A stretch of DNA of 64,000 nt from Polyangiaceae bacterium (GCA_044222475.1 JBGANF010000010.1:1-64000), one strand, 5' to 3'. Counted from the stretch's first letter, positions 31,348 through 41,060 are shown. Translations and numbers: made by a program. Notes: a model not told the origin generated them from the sequence alone.

Positions 31348-33834
31348 GTGGGACGTCGTCTCCGAACCCTCGCCCTCGTCGTCGCCGGGGTGCTCTGCCC
31401 GGGCCTCGCGGCAGCGCAGCCCGGCGAGCCGGAGATCGTGCACCCCGCGGTCGTCCACGACCCGCCCGCCGAGTACCCGAAGGAGATGCTGGCGAGCGGC
31501 AAACACGCCGACGTCATCCTCATCATCACGATCGACAAGGAGGGCAAGGTCGCCGACGTCGCGGTCGACGTCTCGGGTGGCGAGGCCTTCGACAAGGCAG
31601 CCACCGAAGCGGTGATGAAATGGACCTTCACGCCCGCGAGCCGCAACGGCGTCGCCGTGTCGGCGCGCATCAAGGTTCCCTTCCACTTCGCCGCCCCCGA
31701 GCCGATCGTCACTCCGCCGAAGGTCGTCACTCCGCCGGCAGGGCCGAAGCCACCAGTCGACGTCGAGGACGTGCGCGTGCAAGGCTCGACCTACCTGCCG
31801 AGCCGCGGCCCGAGCGACTACGAGATCCCCGTCGGGAAGCTCGCGGCCGTGCCGCGGATGGACGCTGCGAGCGTGCTCCGCCTCGCGCCCGGCGTGTTCC
31901 TCCAGAACCAGGGCGGCGCCGGTCACCCCTACCAGATCTACCTGCGCGGCTTCGACGCGCGCGAGGGGCAGGACCTCGAGTTCTCGATCGACGGCATCCC
32001 GATGAACGAGGTCGGCAACCCGCACGGCAACGGGCTCGTCGACACGCACTTCATCATCCCCGAGCTCGTGCGAAACCTCCGCGTGGTCGAGGGACCGTAC
32101 GCGCCGCAGCAGGGCAACTTCGCGGTCGCCGGATCGGCGCTGTACGACGTCGGGCTCGCCGAGCCGGGCTTCCGCGCGCAAGCGACCTACGGTTCGTTCA
32201 ACACCGCGCGCCTCCTCGCGAGCTACCGCCCCGAAGGCTACTCCGAGCATACGTTCGCCGCCGGCGAGCTGCAGACGAGCGACGGCTTCGGCCAGAACCG
32301 CGCATCGAACCGCGCGACCGCGATGGCGGGCTTCGAGGGCAAGCTCGGCGCGCACGGCTTCTTCCGCCTGCTCGCGACGTCGTATGCGACGCACTACCAG
32401 CAGGCGGGCGTGCTCCGCCTCGACGACGTTCAGGCGGGGCGCGTCGGCTTCTACGACACGTACGACGCATCGCAGGCCGGCGACTCGTCGCGGCACTCGC
32501 TCGGAGTGATCGTGGGCGACAAGATCAAGTCGCTCCGCTTCCAGCAGAGCGCCTTCGTCACCCTCCGCGACTTCCGTCTTCGCTCGAACCTGACCGGCTT
32601 CCTGAACGATCCTCAGGAGACGTGGCAGACCCCTCACGGTCAGCGCGGCGACCTCGCGGACCAGCAGGCGAACACCGTGACGTTCGGCGGCCGCGGCAGC
32701 GCCAGGCAGCAGTTCGAGGTGCAAGGCCTGAAGCAGGAGATCGAGCTCGGGTACCTCGCCCGCGTCGACGTCGTCGATGCCACCCAGCAGCGCGATCGCT
32801 TCGGGACCATCACCCCGTATCGGACCGATCTCGACCTCGCGTCGACGCTCACGAACATCGGCGCCTACGTGGACCTCGGCCTCAAGCCCACCAAGTGGCT
32901 CACCCTGCGCGGCGGCTTGCGCGCCGACTTCTTCCACTACCGGGTGAAGAACCGGTGCGCCATCACCAGCCAGAGCTCGCTCGGCAGCGACCCGCCCGAC
33001 ACCGAGTGCTTCTCGTCGGATCGAGCGGGGTACCGCGGCGCCGATCAAACGGCGTCGACGGCGTCGGGCATCCTCGAGCCGCGCGCGACCGTCCTGTTCG
33101 GCCCGTTCTCCGGCGTCACCCTGGCCGCGAGCGCCGGCACCGGCGCCCGCAGCCTCGATCCGCAGTACATCAACCAAGGGCTCGAGACCCCGTACGCGAA
33201 GATCGCGTCGTACGAAGGCGGCGCCACGTTCGTCCGCTCCGTCGGCCCGATCGATCTCAACCTGCGTTCGGCGTTCTTCGTCACCCACGTCGATCGCGAT
33301 CTCATCTTCAACGAGACCGAAGGCCGGGCGACTCTCGCCAACGGCACCACGCGCAGCGGATGGTCGGGCAGCGGCCGCGTCACCGGGAAGTTCTTCGACG
33401 TCGCTTCCAGCCTGACGTTGGTGCAGGCGAAGTTCGACGACACGGGGATGCGCGTCCCGTACGCGCCCGGTCTGGTCTTCCGCGCCGACGGCGCGCTCTT
33501 CGGCAGTCTGCCGATCAAGATCATGGGGCACGCGCTCTACGGCACGCTCGGTGTCGGCGTGTCGTACGTCGCGCCGCGCCCGCTGCCGCTCAGCGAGACG
33601 TCCGATCCGATCTTCCTCGTCGACGCCGGAGCGTCGCTGCGCTTCCGCTGGATCACGTTCGGCATCCAGTCCACGAACCTCTTCGGCAACGAGTACAAGT
33701 CTGCAGAATACAACTATGTCTCGGACTTCCGCAGCCAGGGCTACCCGACCCTCGTCGCGTCGCGCCACTTCATCGCCGGCGAGCCTCGTGGGGTCTTCGG
33801 CACGATCACCATCCAGCTCGGAGGAGGAACATGA
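31348..33834 (+). CDS. TonB-dependent receptor with N-terminal TonB C-terminal domain
   Basis: Signal peptide, YP...FDKAA..AV.KW.F.PA TonB_C domain, plug LRGFDA..G.D...IDGIPMN...IIPE...GPY, barrel ending GEPRGVFGTITIQL. Confidence 0.9.
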   Translation: MGRRLRTLALVVAGVLCPGLAAAQPGEPEIVHPAVVHDPPAEYPKEMLASGKHADVILIITIDKEGKVADVAVDVSGGEAFDKAATEAVMKWTFTPASRNGVAVSARIKVPFHFAAPEPIVTPPKVVTPPAGPKPPVDVEDVRVQGSTYLPSRGPSDYEIPVGKLAAVPRMDAASVLRLAPGVFLQNQGGAGHPYQIYLRGFDAREGQDLEFSIDGIPMNEVGNPHGNGLVDTHFIIPELVRNLRVVEGPYAPQQGNFAVAGSALYDVGLAEPGFRAQATYGSFNTARLLASYRPEGYSEHTFAAGELQTSDGFGQNRASNRATAMAGFEGKLGAHGFFRLLATSYATHYQQAGVLRLDDVQAGRVGFYDTYDASQAGDSSRHSLGVIVGDKIKSLRFQQSAFVTLRDFRLRSNLTGFLNDPQETWQTPHGQRGDLADQQANTVTFGGRGSARQQFEVQGLKQEIELGYLARVDVVDATQQRDRFGTITPYRTDLDLASTLTNIGAYVDLGLKPTKWLTLRGGLRADFFHYRVKNRCAITSQSSLGSDPPDTECFSSDRAGYRGADQTASTASGILEPRATVLFGPFSGVTLAASAGTGARSLDPQYINQGLETPYAKIASYEGGATFVRSVGPIDLNLRSAFFVTHVDRDLIFNETEGRATLANGTTRSGWSGSGRVTGKFFDVASSLTLVQAKFDDTGMRVPYAPGLVFRADGALFGSLPIKIMGHALYGTLGVGVSYVAPRPLPLSETSDPIFLVDAGASLRFRWITFGIQSTNLFGNEYKSAEYNYVSDFRSQGYPTLVASRHFIAGEPRGVFGTITIQLGGGT

Positions 33835-34640
33835 GTCGACGTCGCGCGCTCGGCGTGGTCTTCGCCCTGGCTGCGGTCGCCGCCTTCGGCTGCGGAGCGA
33901 CGGGCAACAAGCGCTTCGCGTTCGAGGCGCGCGCTGCTGGCGCCCCGCGCACCGACGGCGCCGGGTCCGGTGCATTCACGTTCGACAACGAGACCGGCTG
34001 GTCGATCACGCTGCGGCGTGCGAACGTCACCCTCGGGCCCGTGTACCTGAACGTCATCGCGCCGCGCGAGTCGCGCCTCGAGTCCGGGCGGGTCGTCGGT
34101 GAGGTGCTCGGCCAGATCGCGTTCGATGCGCTCTCGCCGACCGAGGTCCCGTTCCCGACGCGAGGCACGATCACCGACGACGAGGTCCGCACGGTCGATC
34201 TCTGGTTCTACCCGCGAGCCGGCGTCGCCCCCGAGACCACGAAGATCGACACCGTCGCCCTCGACGTCGCCGGCGAGGCGACGAAGGGCGCGGACGACGT
34301 GCGGTTCCGGGGAACGCTCGTCCTCGACGACGCGTGGCTGCCGGCCGTGCAACCGGGCGAGCCCGGCGGACAGACGATCCTGGCGGTGCGCCAGGTACGA
34401 GGCATCCCTGCCGACTTCATCCCCACCGAGGGCGGCCACCTCACGCTTCGCTTCGACGTGAAGGCCTGCTTCCGCGGCGCCGATTTCGCGAGCCTCGCGC
34501 AGAACCCGGAGGACCCGGATGGGACGAAGATCTTGGTTCAGTCCAAGTCGGGCAAGTACCTCACCGATCAAGTCATGACCAACCTCTACGAGGGGATGCG
34601 CGCCCAGAACGGCACCTACTCGGTCACGTGGACGCGCTGA
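33831..34640 (+). CDS. TBDR-associated lipoprotein
   Basis: ATG at 33831 overlaps the TBDR stop; lipobox FGC; GWSITL..A....GPVY motif. Confidence 0.75.
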   Translation: MSRRRALGVVFALAAVAAFGCGATGNKRFAFEARAAGAPRTDGAGSGAFTFDNETGWSITLRRANVTLGPVYLNVIAPRESRLESGRVVGEVLGQIAFDALSPTEVPFPTRGTITDDEVRTVDLWFYPRAGVAPETTKIDTVALDVAGEATKGADDVRFRGTLVLDDAWLPAVQPGEPGGQTILAVRQVRGIPADFIPTEGGHLTLRFDVKACFRGADFASLAQNPEDPDGTKILVQSKSGKYLTDQVMTNLYEGMRAQNGTYSVTWTR

Positions 34641-34650
34641 CGAAACGCCG

Positions 34651-35760
34651 ATGACACTCCGACCTCTCTTTGCCGTCGTCACCGCGCTCGCGATGTTCGT
34701 CGCGTGCAGCGACACGCCGTCCTCCGGCGGGTTCACCGTCACGGTCTCCGGTGAGGATCTCGCGGTCAACGGCTACCCGTTCAGCGAGGGCGCGAACGCG
34801 AACGACGATCCGCCCCCGTTCGTCGACGGTTGGGCCGTCGAGTTCACTCACGTGATCGTCACCGTCGCCAACGTTCGACTGAACGAGGATCCCGACCAGG
34901 ATCCCGGCGACCCGACGAAGCTCGGCCCGGTCGTGGGGACTCTCGCCGGCCCGTTCGCCGTCGACGTTCACCTCGGGGGGAGCGTCGTCGGCAAGAGCGG
35001 CTCGCCGGACGAGAAGACGATCGCCATCGGGTCGTTCGCCAAGAAGAGCGACGGCAGCGCGTTCGACCGGAACGCGCGCTACGCGTTCAGCTACGACCTC
35101 GTCACCGCCACGCCGAGCGCCACCCTCGTGAACTTGGACGCCGAAGGGAAGGCGCTCTACGCGAGCATGATCGCGAAGGGGCAATCCTCGTTGCTCGCGG
35201 GGACTGCCACCTACCGCGGACCGACGCCGACCGAAGCGGTGTTCGCGAAGATGCCACCGAGCGTGGTGTTCTCGCTCGGACTGAAGAACCCGTCGTCGTA
35301 CGTGAACTGCCGCAACACCGACCTGCAGGAGACCTCGGGCGATTTCCCGCGCGGAGTCCAAGCCACGCCGGGCGCCCCGACCGTGGCGCAGATCACGATC
35401 CACACCGATCATGCGTTCTGGAGCCGGCTCAACGTCGAGCGGAGCGAGCTCCACTTCGATCCGATCGCCGCCTCGGCGTCGACCTACGGCGCGGCACAGC
35501 CGACCGAGGGCGTCGTGACGATCGACGATCTCGCCGCCGTCGACGTCACTGGATTCCGGACGAAGGACGGGACTCCGCTCCCGGCGCGGAGCGTGGTGGA
35601 GGGCTGGACCGCGCCGGCCGGGCAGCTCCGCTTCGTCGCGAACGGGACGAGCTTCGCGGCGGTGAACAGCTACGCCTCGTACCTCTCGTACTCGGCCGCA
35701 GCCGGCGGGCACCTCAACGCGGACGGCGCGTGCGTCGTGCGAAACGCGTTCGCGCCGTGA
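34651..35760 (+). CDS. TBDR-associated lipoprotein with His motifs
   Basis: Lipobox VAC; SGE...PPFVDGW; IHTDHAFW and GHLNADGAC. Confidence 0.75.
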   Translation: MTLRPLFAVVTALAMFVACSDTPSSGGFTVTVSGEDLAVNGYPFSEGANANDDPPPFVDGWAVEFTHVIVTVANVRLNEDPDQDPGDPTKLGPVVGTLAGPFAVDVHLGGSVVGKSGSPDEKTIAIGSFAKKSDGSAFDRNARYAFSYDLVTATPSATLVNLDAEGKALYASMIAKGQSSLLAGTATYRGPTPTEAVFAKMPPSVVFSLGLKNPSSYVNCRNTDLQETSGDFPRGVQATPGAPTVAQITIHTDHAFWSRLNVERSELHFDPIAASASTYGAAQPTEGVVTIDDLAAVDVTGFRTKDGTPLPARSVVEGWTAPAGQLRFVANGTSFAAVNSYASYLSYSAAAGGHLNADGACVVRNAFAP

Positions 35761-35807
35761 TGGGCGCCCCGGACTTTGGTCCGGGGTGCCCAGCTCTCGA
35801 CGAATGG

Positions 35808-36533
35808 TCACGGAATCTCGGCGTGCAGGATCGCGATCGCGTCGAGGTCGAAGCCCACGTTGGTCGTCTTGTCCTTCGGGTTCGCCGGGCAGTCCCCGCC
35901 GCCCATGTCGCGGATGCGAACGAAGCGCGCGCGAGTGACGCCGAGATCGGCGAGATCGAACCCGTCGCCTCCGCACGCGGGGTAGTCGACCGGAGAGATG
36001 CCGTCGTCGGGTGACGAGTAGACCGGGTGCCAGCCGGCGCAGCTCCCGTAGGGCGCAGCGGTCGCGGTGCACGGGAAGGTGAACCACGTCTTGCCGTCCT
36101 CGCTCACGGAGACCTCGCCCGGCTCGGCGTAGATCAGGTCGGCGCCGTACTTGAACGCGTTCTCGAAGACGACGAAGTCGGGGCCCGGCGCGTCGACGAT
36201 CGCGTTCTTGCCGAACCCGAGGACGATGCTCCCGCCCTTGCCGAGCGATACCACATTGGTACTGCCCTGCATCTCGCCGAAGCCGACGGGCGGTCCCTGT
36301 ACCACCTTGGGCATCTGCGCGAGTCCGTACCCTGCGCAATCACCGGGAGCGAAGTCGACGACGTCGGTCGCGAACCGGTCGACGCGGATGCTGCCGGCAT
36401 CGGGGAGGGGGTAGCTCCCATCGAGAGCGTTCGCGGCGGCGTCACGATCGCCGGCGTCGTTCGCGGAGGTCGACGCGGGGTCACTGCATGCAGCGACGAG
36501 AAGAGGAACGGCGAAGAGGAGATGGGGCTTCAA
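35808..36533 (-). CDS. Cell-surface lipoprotein, BtuH-like putative cobalamin-binding protein
   Basis: TTG start at 36533 after GGAGG; lipobox VAAC; VSLG.GG.IVLGF...DFVVFENAF...EPG.V.VS.DG...FDL..GFDLDAI; directly downstream of a cobalamin riboswitch. Confidence 0.7.
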   Translation of the reverse strand: MKPHLLFAVPLLVAACSDPASTSANDAGDRDAAANALDGSYPLPDAGSIRVDRFATDVVDFAPGDCAGYGLAQMPKVVQGPPVGFGEMQGSTNVVSLGKGGSIVLGFGKNAIVDAPGPDFVVFENAFKYGADLIYAEPGEVSVSEDGKTWFTFPCTATAAPYGSCAGWHPVYSSPDDGISPVDYPACGGDGFDLADLGVTRARFVRIRDMGGGDCPANPKDKTTNVGFDLDAIAILHAEIP

Positions 36534-36602
36534 GAGACCTCCGGTCACGTGGCTCGCGTGACGGCTGGGGACGCCGAGCGCATCGCGCGCTTGGCATCGA
36601 AC

Positions 36603-36700
36603 CGAGGTTTCCTGACTCCCGGGTTCACTTCCCGGTCACAGTGGCGGCACCGTCTCCGAATCGCACGGAGTTCCCCTTCGCTTCGACCGCTTCTTGGTAC
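36603..36700 (-). ncRNA. Cobalamin riboswitch (compact form)
   Basis: Minus strand GGTCGAAGCGAAGGGGAACTCCGTGCGATTCGGAGACGGTGCCGCCACTGTGACCGGGAAG...GAGTCAGGAAACCT contains AAGGGAA, the P4/P5 loops, GCCACTG, GGGAAG and the B12 box. Confidence 0.88.
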
Positions 36701-36879
36701 ACCAACCGCGACCGGTTGTCGTCGCGCGCGAACGTTTTGGGCTCGGGACCCAAAACTGGGAGGTGGGGCCCCATCCGGGCTTCGCCCGGTGGGGCGGAGG
36801 GCAACGCCCTCCGTCGACGGGGGCGGCACCGTCTCCGAATCGCACGGAGTTCCCCTTCGCTTCGACCGCTTCTTGGTAC
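36643..36879. repeat. 58-bp exact direct repeat (36643-36700 and 36822-36879) flanking a 121-bp hairpin cassette
   Basis: GGCGGCACCGTCTCCGAATCGCACGGAGTTCCCCTTCGCTTCGACCGCTTCTTGGTAC occurs twice. Confidence 0.95.
36734..36813. repeat. Cluster of three inverted repeats (REP/MITE-like)
   Basis: GTTTTGGG/CCCAAAAC (36734-56); CCCCA.CCGGGC-TTC-GCCCGGTGGGG (36769-94); CGGAGGGC-AAC-GCCCTCCG (36795-813). Confidence 0.7.
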
Positions 36880-36881
36880 CA

Positions 36882-37730
36882 CTACACGGCGTCCTTGGCC
36901 ATCACCGTCCAGTCGTCTCCCCCGTGGCCCTCGGCGATCAGCACGTCCATGCGCGCGGCAATCGCCGGCAGCACCGCGAGCGCCGTCCCCTTCGCCTGCG
37001 CCTCGTCGAGCATGATGCGCGCGTCCTTCCTCGCCATCGAGAGCTCCCACGACGGCTCGGCGAAGTTCCCGTCCAGCATGCGCTTCGCGCGCGCTCCGAT
37101 CGTGGCGCCCGGGTTGAAGTGCTCGAAGAGCGTGACCGCGTCCGCCGGGGGCACGCCGAGCGCCTTCGCGAGCGAGAGCATGTCGGCCAGGCCCGACGTG
37201 AGAAACATCAGGAACAGGTTTCCGAGGAGCTTGAACGACGCCGCTGCGTCGGGGCGCAGGCCGAGATCGACGAGCTTGCCCGTCATCGGCGCGACCATGG
37301 GGCGCACGCGCTCCACGAGCGCGCGATCGCCCGAGAGGAGCATGAGCCCGGTACCGTCGAGCGCGTTCGCCGGCCCCATGAACACCGGGGCGTGTACGTA
37401 GGTGACCCCGCGCGAGCGCCACCGATCCATGCGCGCGACGACGGTGCTGGCCGAGGTCGTCGTGTGATCGATCACGAGAGCGCCTTCGCCGAGGCCGGGC
37501 GCGGCCGCTTCGAGCACCGCGTCGACCGCCGCATCGTCCGAGAGCGTGAGGTGCACGCGCGCGGCGCCCCGCACGGCCGCGGCGGCGTCCGGAAACACGA
37601 CCGCACCGGTCGACGCGAGGGCTTGCGCCCGCGGCGGCGAGCGATTCCACACGTGCACATCTTCGCCGCGCTTGCGCAGCGCGCGAACGAAGCTCGAGCC
37701 CAAGAGACCCATGCCGAGAAATGCGATCAT
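36882..37730 (-). CDS. NAD(P)-dependent oxidoreductase, 3-hydroxyisobutyrate/6PGD family
   Basis: AFLGMGLLG, WNRS, DHTT, HAPVFMGP, FKL.GN, ARKD. Confidence 0.88.
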   Translation of the reverse strand: MIAFLGMGLLGSSFVRALRKRGEDVHVWNRSPPRAQALASTGAVVFPDAAAAVRGAARVHLTLSDDAAVDAVLEAAAPGLGEGALVIDHTTTSASTVVARMDRWRSRGVTYVHAPVFMGPANALDGTGLMLLSGDRALVERVRPMVAPMTGKLVDLGLRPDAAASFKLLGNLFLMFLTSGLADMLSLAKALGVPPADAVTLFEHFNPGATIGARAKRMLDGNFAEPSWELSMARKDARIMLDEAQAKGTALAVLPAIAARMDVLIAEGHGGDDWTVMAKDAV

Positions 37731-37789
37731 GCCGCTAGCCTAGGGCGAAACACCTGGAGGCTGCGGAAAAGGCGAAGTGCCAGGGCCTG

Positions 37790-38701
37790 CTAGTCGCGAC
37801 TACGAGGCGGCTGAAACGCGGCCGCTCGCAGGCGCACGTACCACGGTTGGTGCGGGTCGGAGCCCGGTGGGTGGGCTGCGGCCCAGCGCGCCTGGATCTC
37901 GGTCGGTGGGGGGCGCGCCGCGCGCGGGGCGAGCTTGTCGAGATCGATCCCGCTCGAGAGCGCGAAGGGCGCGATCGACTCGCTGTGGGACCGAAAGATC
38001 TGGTCGGGCGGGCCCGAGGCGACGATCTTGCCGCCGGCGAGGAGGACCACGCGATCGGAGATCTCGTACGCCGACACCATGTCGTGGGTGATCACGATGG
38101 ACGTGACGTAGAAGCGCTCTCGCATCTGCTCGATCAGTCCGTCGACGACCCGTGAGCTCACCGGATCGAGGCCCGACGTCGGCTCGTCGTACACCAGGAT
38201 CTCGGGCTCCATGACCATGGCCCTCGCGATGCTGACCCGCTTCGCCATCCCGCCGGAGAGCTGCGCCGGGAGGAGCTTCTCGGCGCCGTCGACCCCGAGC
38301 TCGTGGAGCGTCATCATCACGCGCTCGCGGATCGTCTTCGAGTCGAGGTTGGTCTCCTCCCTCAGGGGGAAGGCGACGTTGTCGAAGACCGAGAGCGAGT
38401 CGAGGAGAGCTCCTCGCTGGAACACCATCGCGAAGCGGCGGCGGAAGATGGCGAGCGCTTCGTCGCCCAGCGCCGCGAGATCGACGCCGTCGAGCAGGAT
38501 CTGCCCGCTCGTCACGCGGTCGAGCCCGATGATCAGGCGCGCGAGCGTCGACTTGCCGGAGCCCGAGCCGCCGATGACCGCGACGGTCTCGCCGCGGTCG
38601 ATCGTGAGATCGACGCCCGCGAGCACGGTCTTGTCACCGAAGCGCTTGACGAGGCCACGCACTTCGATGAGCGGCGGAGACGACACCGCATCATCATGCA
38701 C
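37790..38701 (-). CDS. ABC transporter ATP-binding protein (MlaF/Ttg2A-like)
   Basis: GGSGSGKS, FQRGALLDSL.VFDNV, LSGGMAKR, YDEPTSGLDP, ITHD. Confidence 0.88.
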   Translation of the reverse strand: MHDDAVSSPPLIEVRGLVKRFGDKTVLAGVDLTIDRGETVAVIGGSGSGKSTLARLIIGLDRVTSGQILLDGVDLAALGDEALAIFRRRFAMVFQRGALLDSLSVFDNVAFPLREETNLDSKTIRERVMMTLHELGVDGAEKLLPAQLSGGMAKRVSIARAMVMEPEILVYDEPTSGLDPVSSRVVDGLIEQMRERFYVTSIVITHDMVSAYEISDRVVLLAGGKIVASGPPDQIFRSHSESIAPFALSSGIDLDKLAPRAARPPPTEIQARWAAAHPPGSDPHQPWYVRLRAAAFQPPRSRD

Positions 38702-38764
38702 GTGGCAGGCTCGCAGAGCGAGCGGCGCGTGCCGCCTACCCCCCGACGTGCCGCCTCCCCCGGG

Positions 38765-39259
38765 CTAGTGTAGCTTCTTGTAGTACGAGCGCGCCTCTTC
38801 CAATCCCTCGCCGAGCGCGTGGAGCTGAACGCGAATCAGCTCCTTGACGTCGTTCGGGAGCGTGTCGAGCGGGAGCGACTCGAACGCCTTCGCGTACGCG
38901 GTGAGCGCGGCGTCCTCGCCTTGCACCCACTCCTCGACGACGATCTTCTCCTTCTTTCCCTCGACGGCGAGGCGGACGTTCAACCACCCGCGGTGGACCG
39001 CCCCGGCGAGGGTGCCCTGGTTCTCCGAGAAGGACCCGAGCTTCGCGATCGCGGCTTGGAGCGCCATCACGAACTCGGCGCGCTGCTTCGACTTGGCGAG
39101 GAAGAGCTCGCGGAGGTCGGGATCGCGCACGTCGGCTGCGGCGGCAGCGTAGCCGCGCTCACCATCGGTGCAGACCTCGATGCAGGTGTTGAGTGCGCGG
39201 ACGACGTCACGGGTCGGCGCGAGATCGGGACGAGCGGTGGTGGACGTGGGGTCGGTCAT
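38765..39259 (-). CDS. PA2169/DUF2383 four-helix-bundle protein
   Basis: [14 protein letters not shown]...G.L.GAVHRGW...GED.A..AY; ATG at 39259. Confidence 0.85.
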   Translation of the reverse strand: MTDPTSTTARPDLAPTRDVVRALNTCIEVCTDGERGYAAAAADVRDPDLRELFLAKSKQRAEFVMALQAAIAKLGSFSENQGTLAGAVHRGWLNVRLAVEGKKEKIVVEEWVQGEDAALTAYAKAFESLPLDTLPNDVKELIRVQLHALGEGLEEARSYYKKLH

Positions 39260-39281
39260 GGTGGGCTCCCGCGGGATCGGT

Positions 39282-39297
39282 TGCAGCACCGATGCCA
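39282..39297 (-). promoter_or_regulatory. Sigma54 -24/-12 promoter for the PA2169-family gene
   Basis: Minus strand TGGCATCGGTGCTGCA (GG-N10-GC). Confidence 0.6.
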
Positions 39298-39407
39298 ACG
39301 GCGACGCCCGCGCTTCACGGGAAATGCGCTCGCGGCAGCGCGCACGTCCGTCGCCCCGGGCGCAACTCCTGCACGGTCGCGCGCGGCGCCAGGCGCACCA
39401 TCCCGGA

Positions 39408-39423
39408 TGGCACACCCATTGCT
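39408..39423 (+). promoter_or_regulatory. Sigma54 -24/-12 promoter for groEL
   Basis: TGGCACACCCATTGCT matches the consensus TGGCAC-N5-TTGC(A/T). Confidence 0.75.
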
Positions 39424-39434
39424 CGACGAGCGTC

Positions 39435-41054
39435 ATGGCTCACAAGCACCTCCTGTTTCACGCCTCTGCGCGCGAGAAGATCCTTCGCGGAGCCACCGCG
39501 CTCGCGGACGCCGTACGGGTCACGCTCGGTCCCAAATCGAAGAGCGTCCTCATCGGAAAGAAGTGGGGATCGCCGCACGTGTGCAACGACGGCGTGACGA
39601 TCGCCAAGGAGCTCGATCTCCCCGACGCGGAGGAGAACCTCGGCGTCCAGGTGATCCGTCAAGCCGCGGAGCGGACCGGCGACGCGGTCGGCGATGGGAC
39701 GACGACGTCGACGCTCCTCGCGCATGCGACCTACGCGGAGGGCTTGCGCAACGTCGCTGCTGGCGCGAGCGCGATCGACATCAAGCGCGGCCTCGATCGC
39801 GGTCTCGGCATCGCCGTCGCGGCGGTGAAGTCGATGTCGCGCGCGGTCCAGAGCAAGAAGGAAAAGGTGCAGATTGCAACCATCTCGGCCCACAACGATC
39901 CGCTCATCGGCGAGCTGGTCGGCGACGCGGTCGAGAAGGTCGGCACCGACGGCGTGATCACGGTCGAGGAGGCCAAAGGCACCGAGACCGCGGTCGAGGT
40001 CGTGCAGGGGATGCAGTTCGACCGCGGCTACCTCTCGCCGTATTTCGTCACCGACCCCGAGCGGATGGAGTGCGTCCTCCACGACCCGCTCGTCCTGATC
40101 CACGAGAAGCGCATCGGCTCGATGAAGGATCTGCTCCCCGTGCTCGAGCAGGTCGCCAAGGAGGGTCGCTCGCTGCTGCTCATCGCCGAGGAGGTCGAAG
40201 GCGAGGCACTCGCGACGCTCGTCGTGAACAAGCTCCGTGGCACCCTGGCGTGCGTCGCCGTGAAGGCGCCGGGGTTCGGCGACCGGAGGCGCGCGATGCT
40301 CGACGACGTCGCGCTCCTCACCGGCGGCCAGGTCGTCGCGGAGGAGACCGGGACCAGGCTCGACAGCGTGGGCCCGGCACAGCTCGGGCGAGCGAGCCGC
40401 GTCGTCGTCACCCAGGACACGACGACGATCATCGGTGGCAGCGGCGACAAGCGAGCGATCGATGGCCGGGTGGAGCTCCTCCGACGCCAGATCAAGGAGA
40501 GCAAGAGCGACTACGATCGCGAGAAGCTCCAAGAGCGACTCGCCAAGCTCGTCGGCGGCGTCGCGGTCGTCCGCGTCGGCGCGCCCTCCGAGGCCGAGCT
40601 GAAGTCGCGCAAGGAGGCGTTCGAGGACGCGATCGCGGCGACCAAGGCAGCCGTGGCCGAGGGGATCGTGCCGGGGGCGGGCCTGTCTCTCATCCGCGCC
40701 AGCGATGCGCTCGCCGCGGAGGAGGCCAAGTGCGAGGGCGACGAGCGCAGCGGCGTCCGCATCCTGCGGCAGGCGCTCGAGATCCCGGTGCGACAGATCG
40801 CGCTGAACTCGGGCTTCGACCCGGGCGTCGTCGTCGATCGGATGCGCAACGGGAAGGGCAACTACGGGTTCGACGCCGCGAAGGGGACGTACGTCGACCT
40901 CGTCGAGTCGGGGATCATCGATCCGACGAAGGTCGTGCGTGTCGCGCTCGAGAACGCGGTCTCCGTGGCGAGCATCCTGCTGCTGACCGAGGCGACGATG
41001 ACCGACCTGCCCGAGCCTCAGTCGAAGACGCAGCCCCCGACCGAGCTGGAGTGA
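39435..41054 (+). CDS. groEL: Chaperonin GroEL (paralog lacking GGM tail, no adjacent groES)
   Basis: [54 protein letters not shown] at 39435. Confidence 0.95.
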   Translation: MAHKHLLFHASAREKILRGATALADAVRVTLGPKSKSVLIGKKWGSPHVCNDGVTIAKELDLPDAEENLGVQVIRQAAERTGDAVGDGTTTSTLLAHATYAEGLRNVAAGASAIDIKRGLDRGLGIAVAAVKSMSRAVQSKKEKVQIATISAHNDPLIGELVGDAVEKVGTDGVITVEEAKGTETAVEVVQGMQFDRGYLSPYFVTDPERMECVLHDPLVLIHEKRIGSMKDLLPVLEQVAKEGRSLLLIAEEVEGEALATLVVNKLRGTLACVAVKAPGFGDRRRAMLDDVALLTGGQVVAEETGTRLDSVGPAQLGRASRVVVTQDTTTIIGGSGDKRAIDGRVELLRRQIKESKSDYDREKLQERLAKLVGGVAVVRVGAPSEAELKSRKEAFEDAIAATKAAVAEGIVPGAGLSLIRASDALAAEEAKCEGDERSGVRILRQALEIPVRQIALNSGFDPGVVVDRMRNGKGNYGFDAAKGTYVDLVESGIIDPTKVVRVALENAVSVASILLLTEATMTDLPEPQSKTQPPTELE

Positions 41055-41060
41055 TCGAGC

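Noticed and set aside
31706..31737. 14-bp repeat with 18-bp period (TCGTCACTCCGCCG x2)
   Set aside because: It simply encodes the Pro-rich linker IVTPPKVVTPP in the TBDR.
36643..36879. Direct repeat with spacer as a mini CRISPR array
   Set aside because: Only two copies, 58-bp repeat, 121-bp spacer, no cas genes, and the repeat is part of a cobalamin riboswitch.
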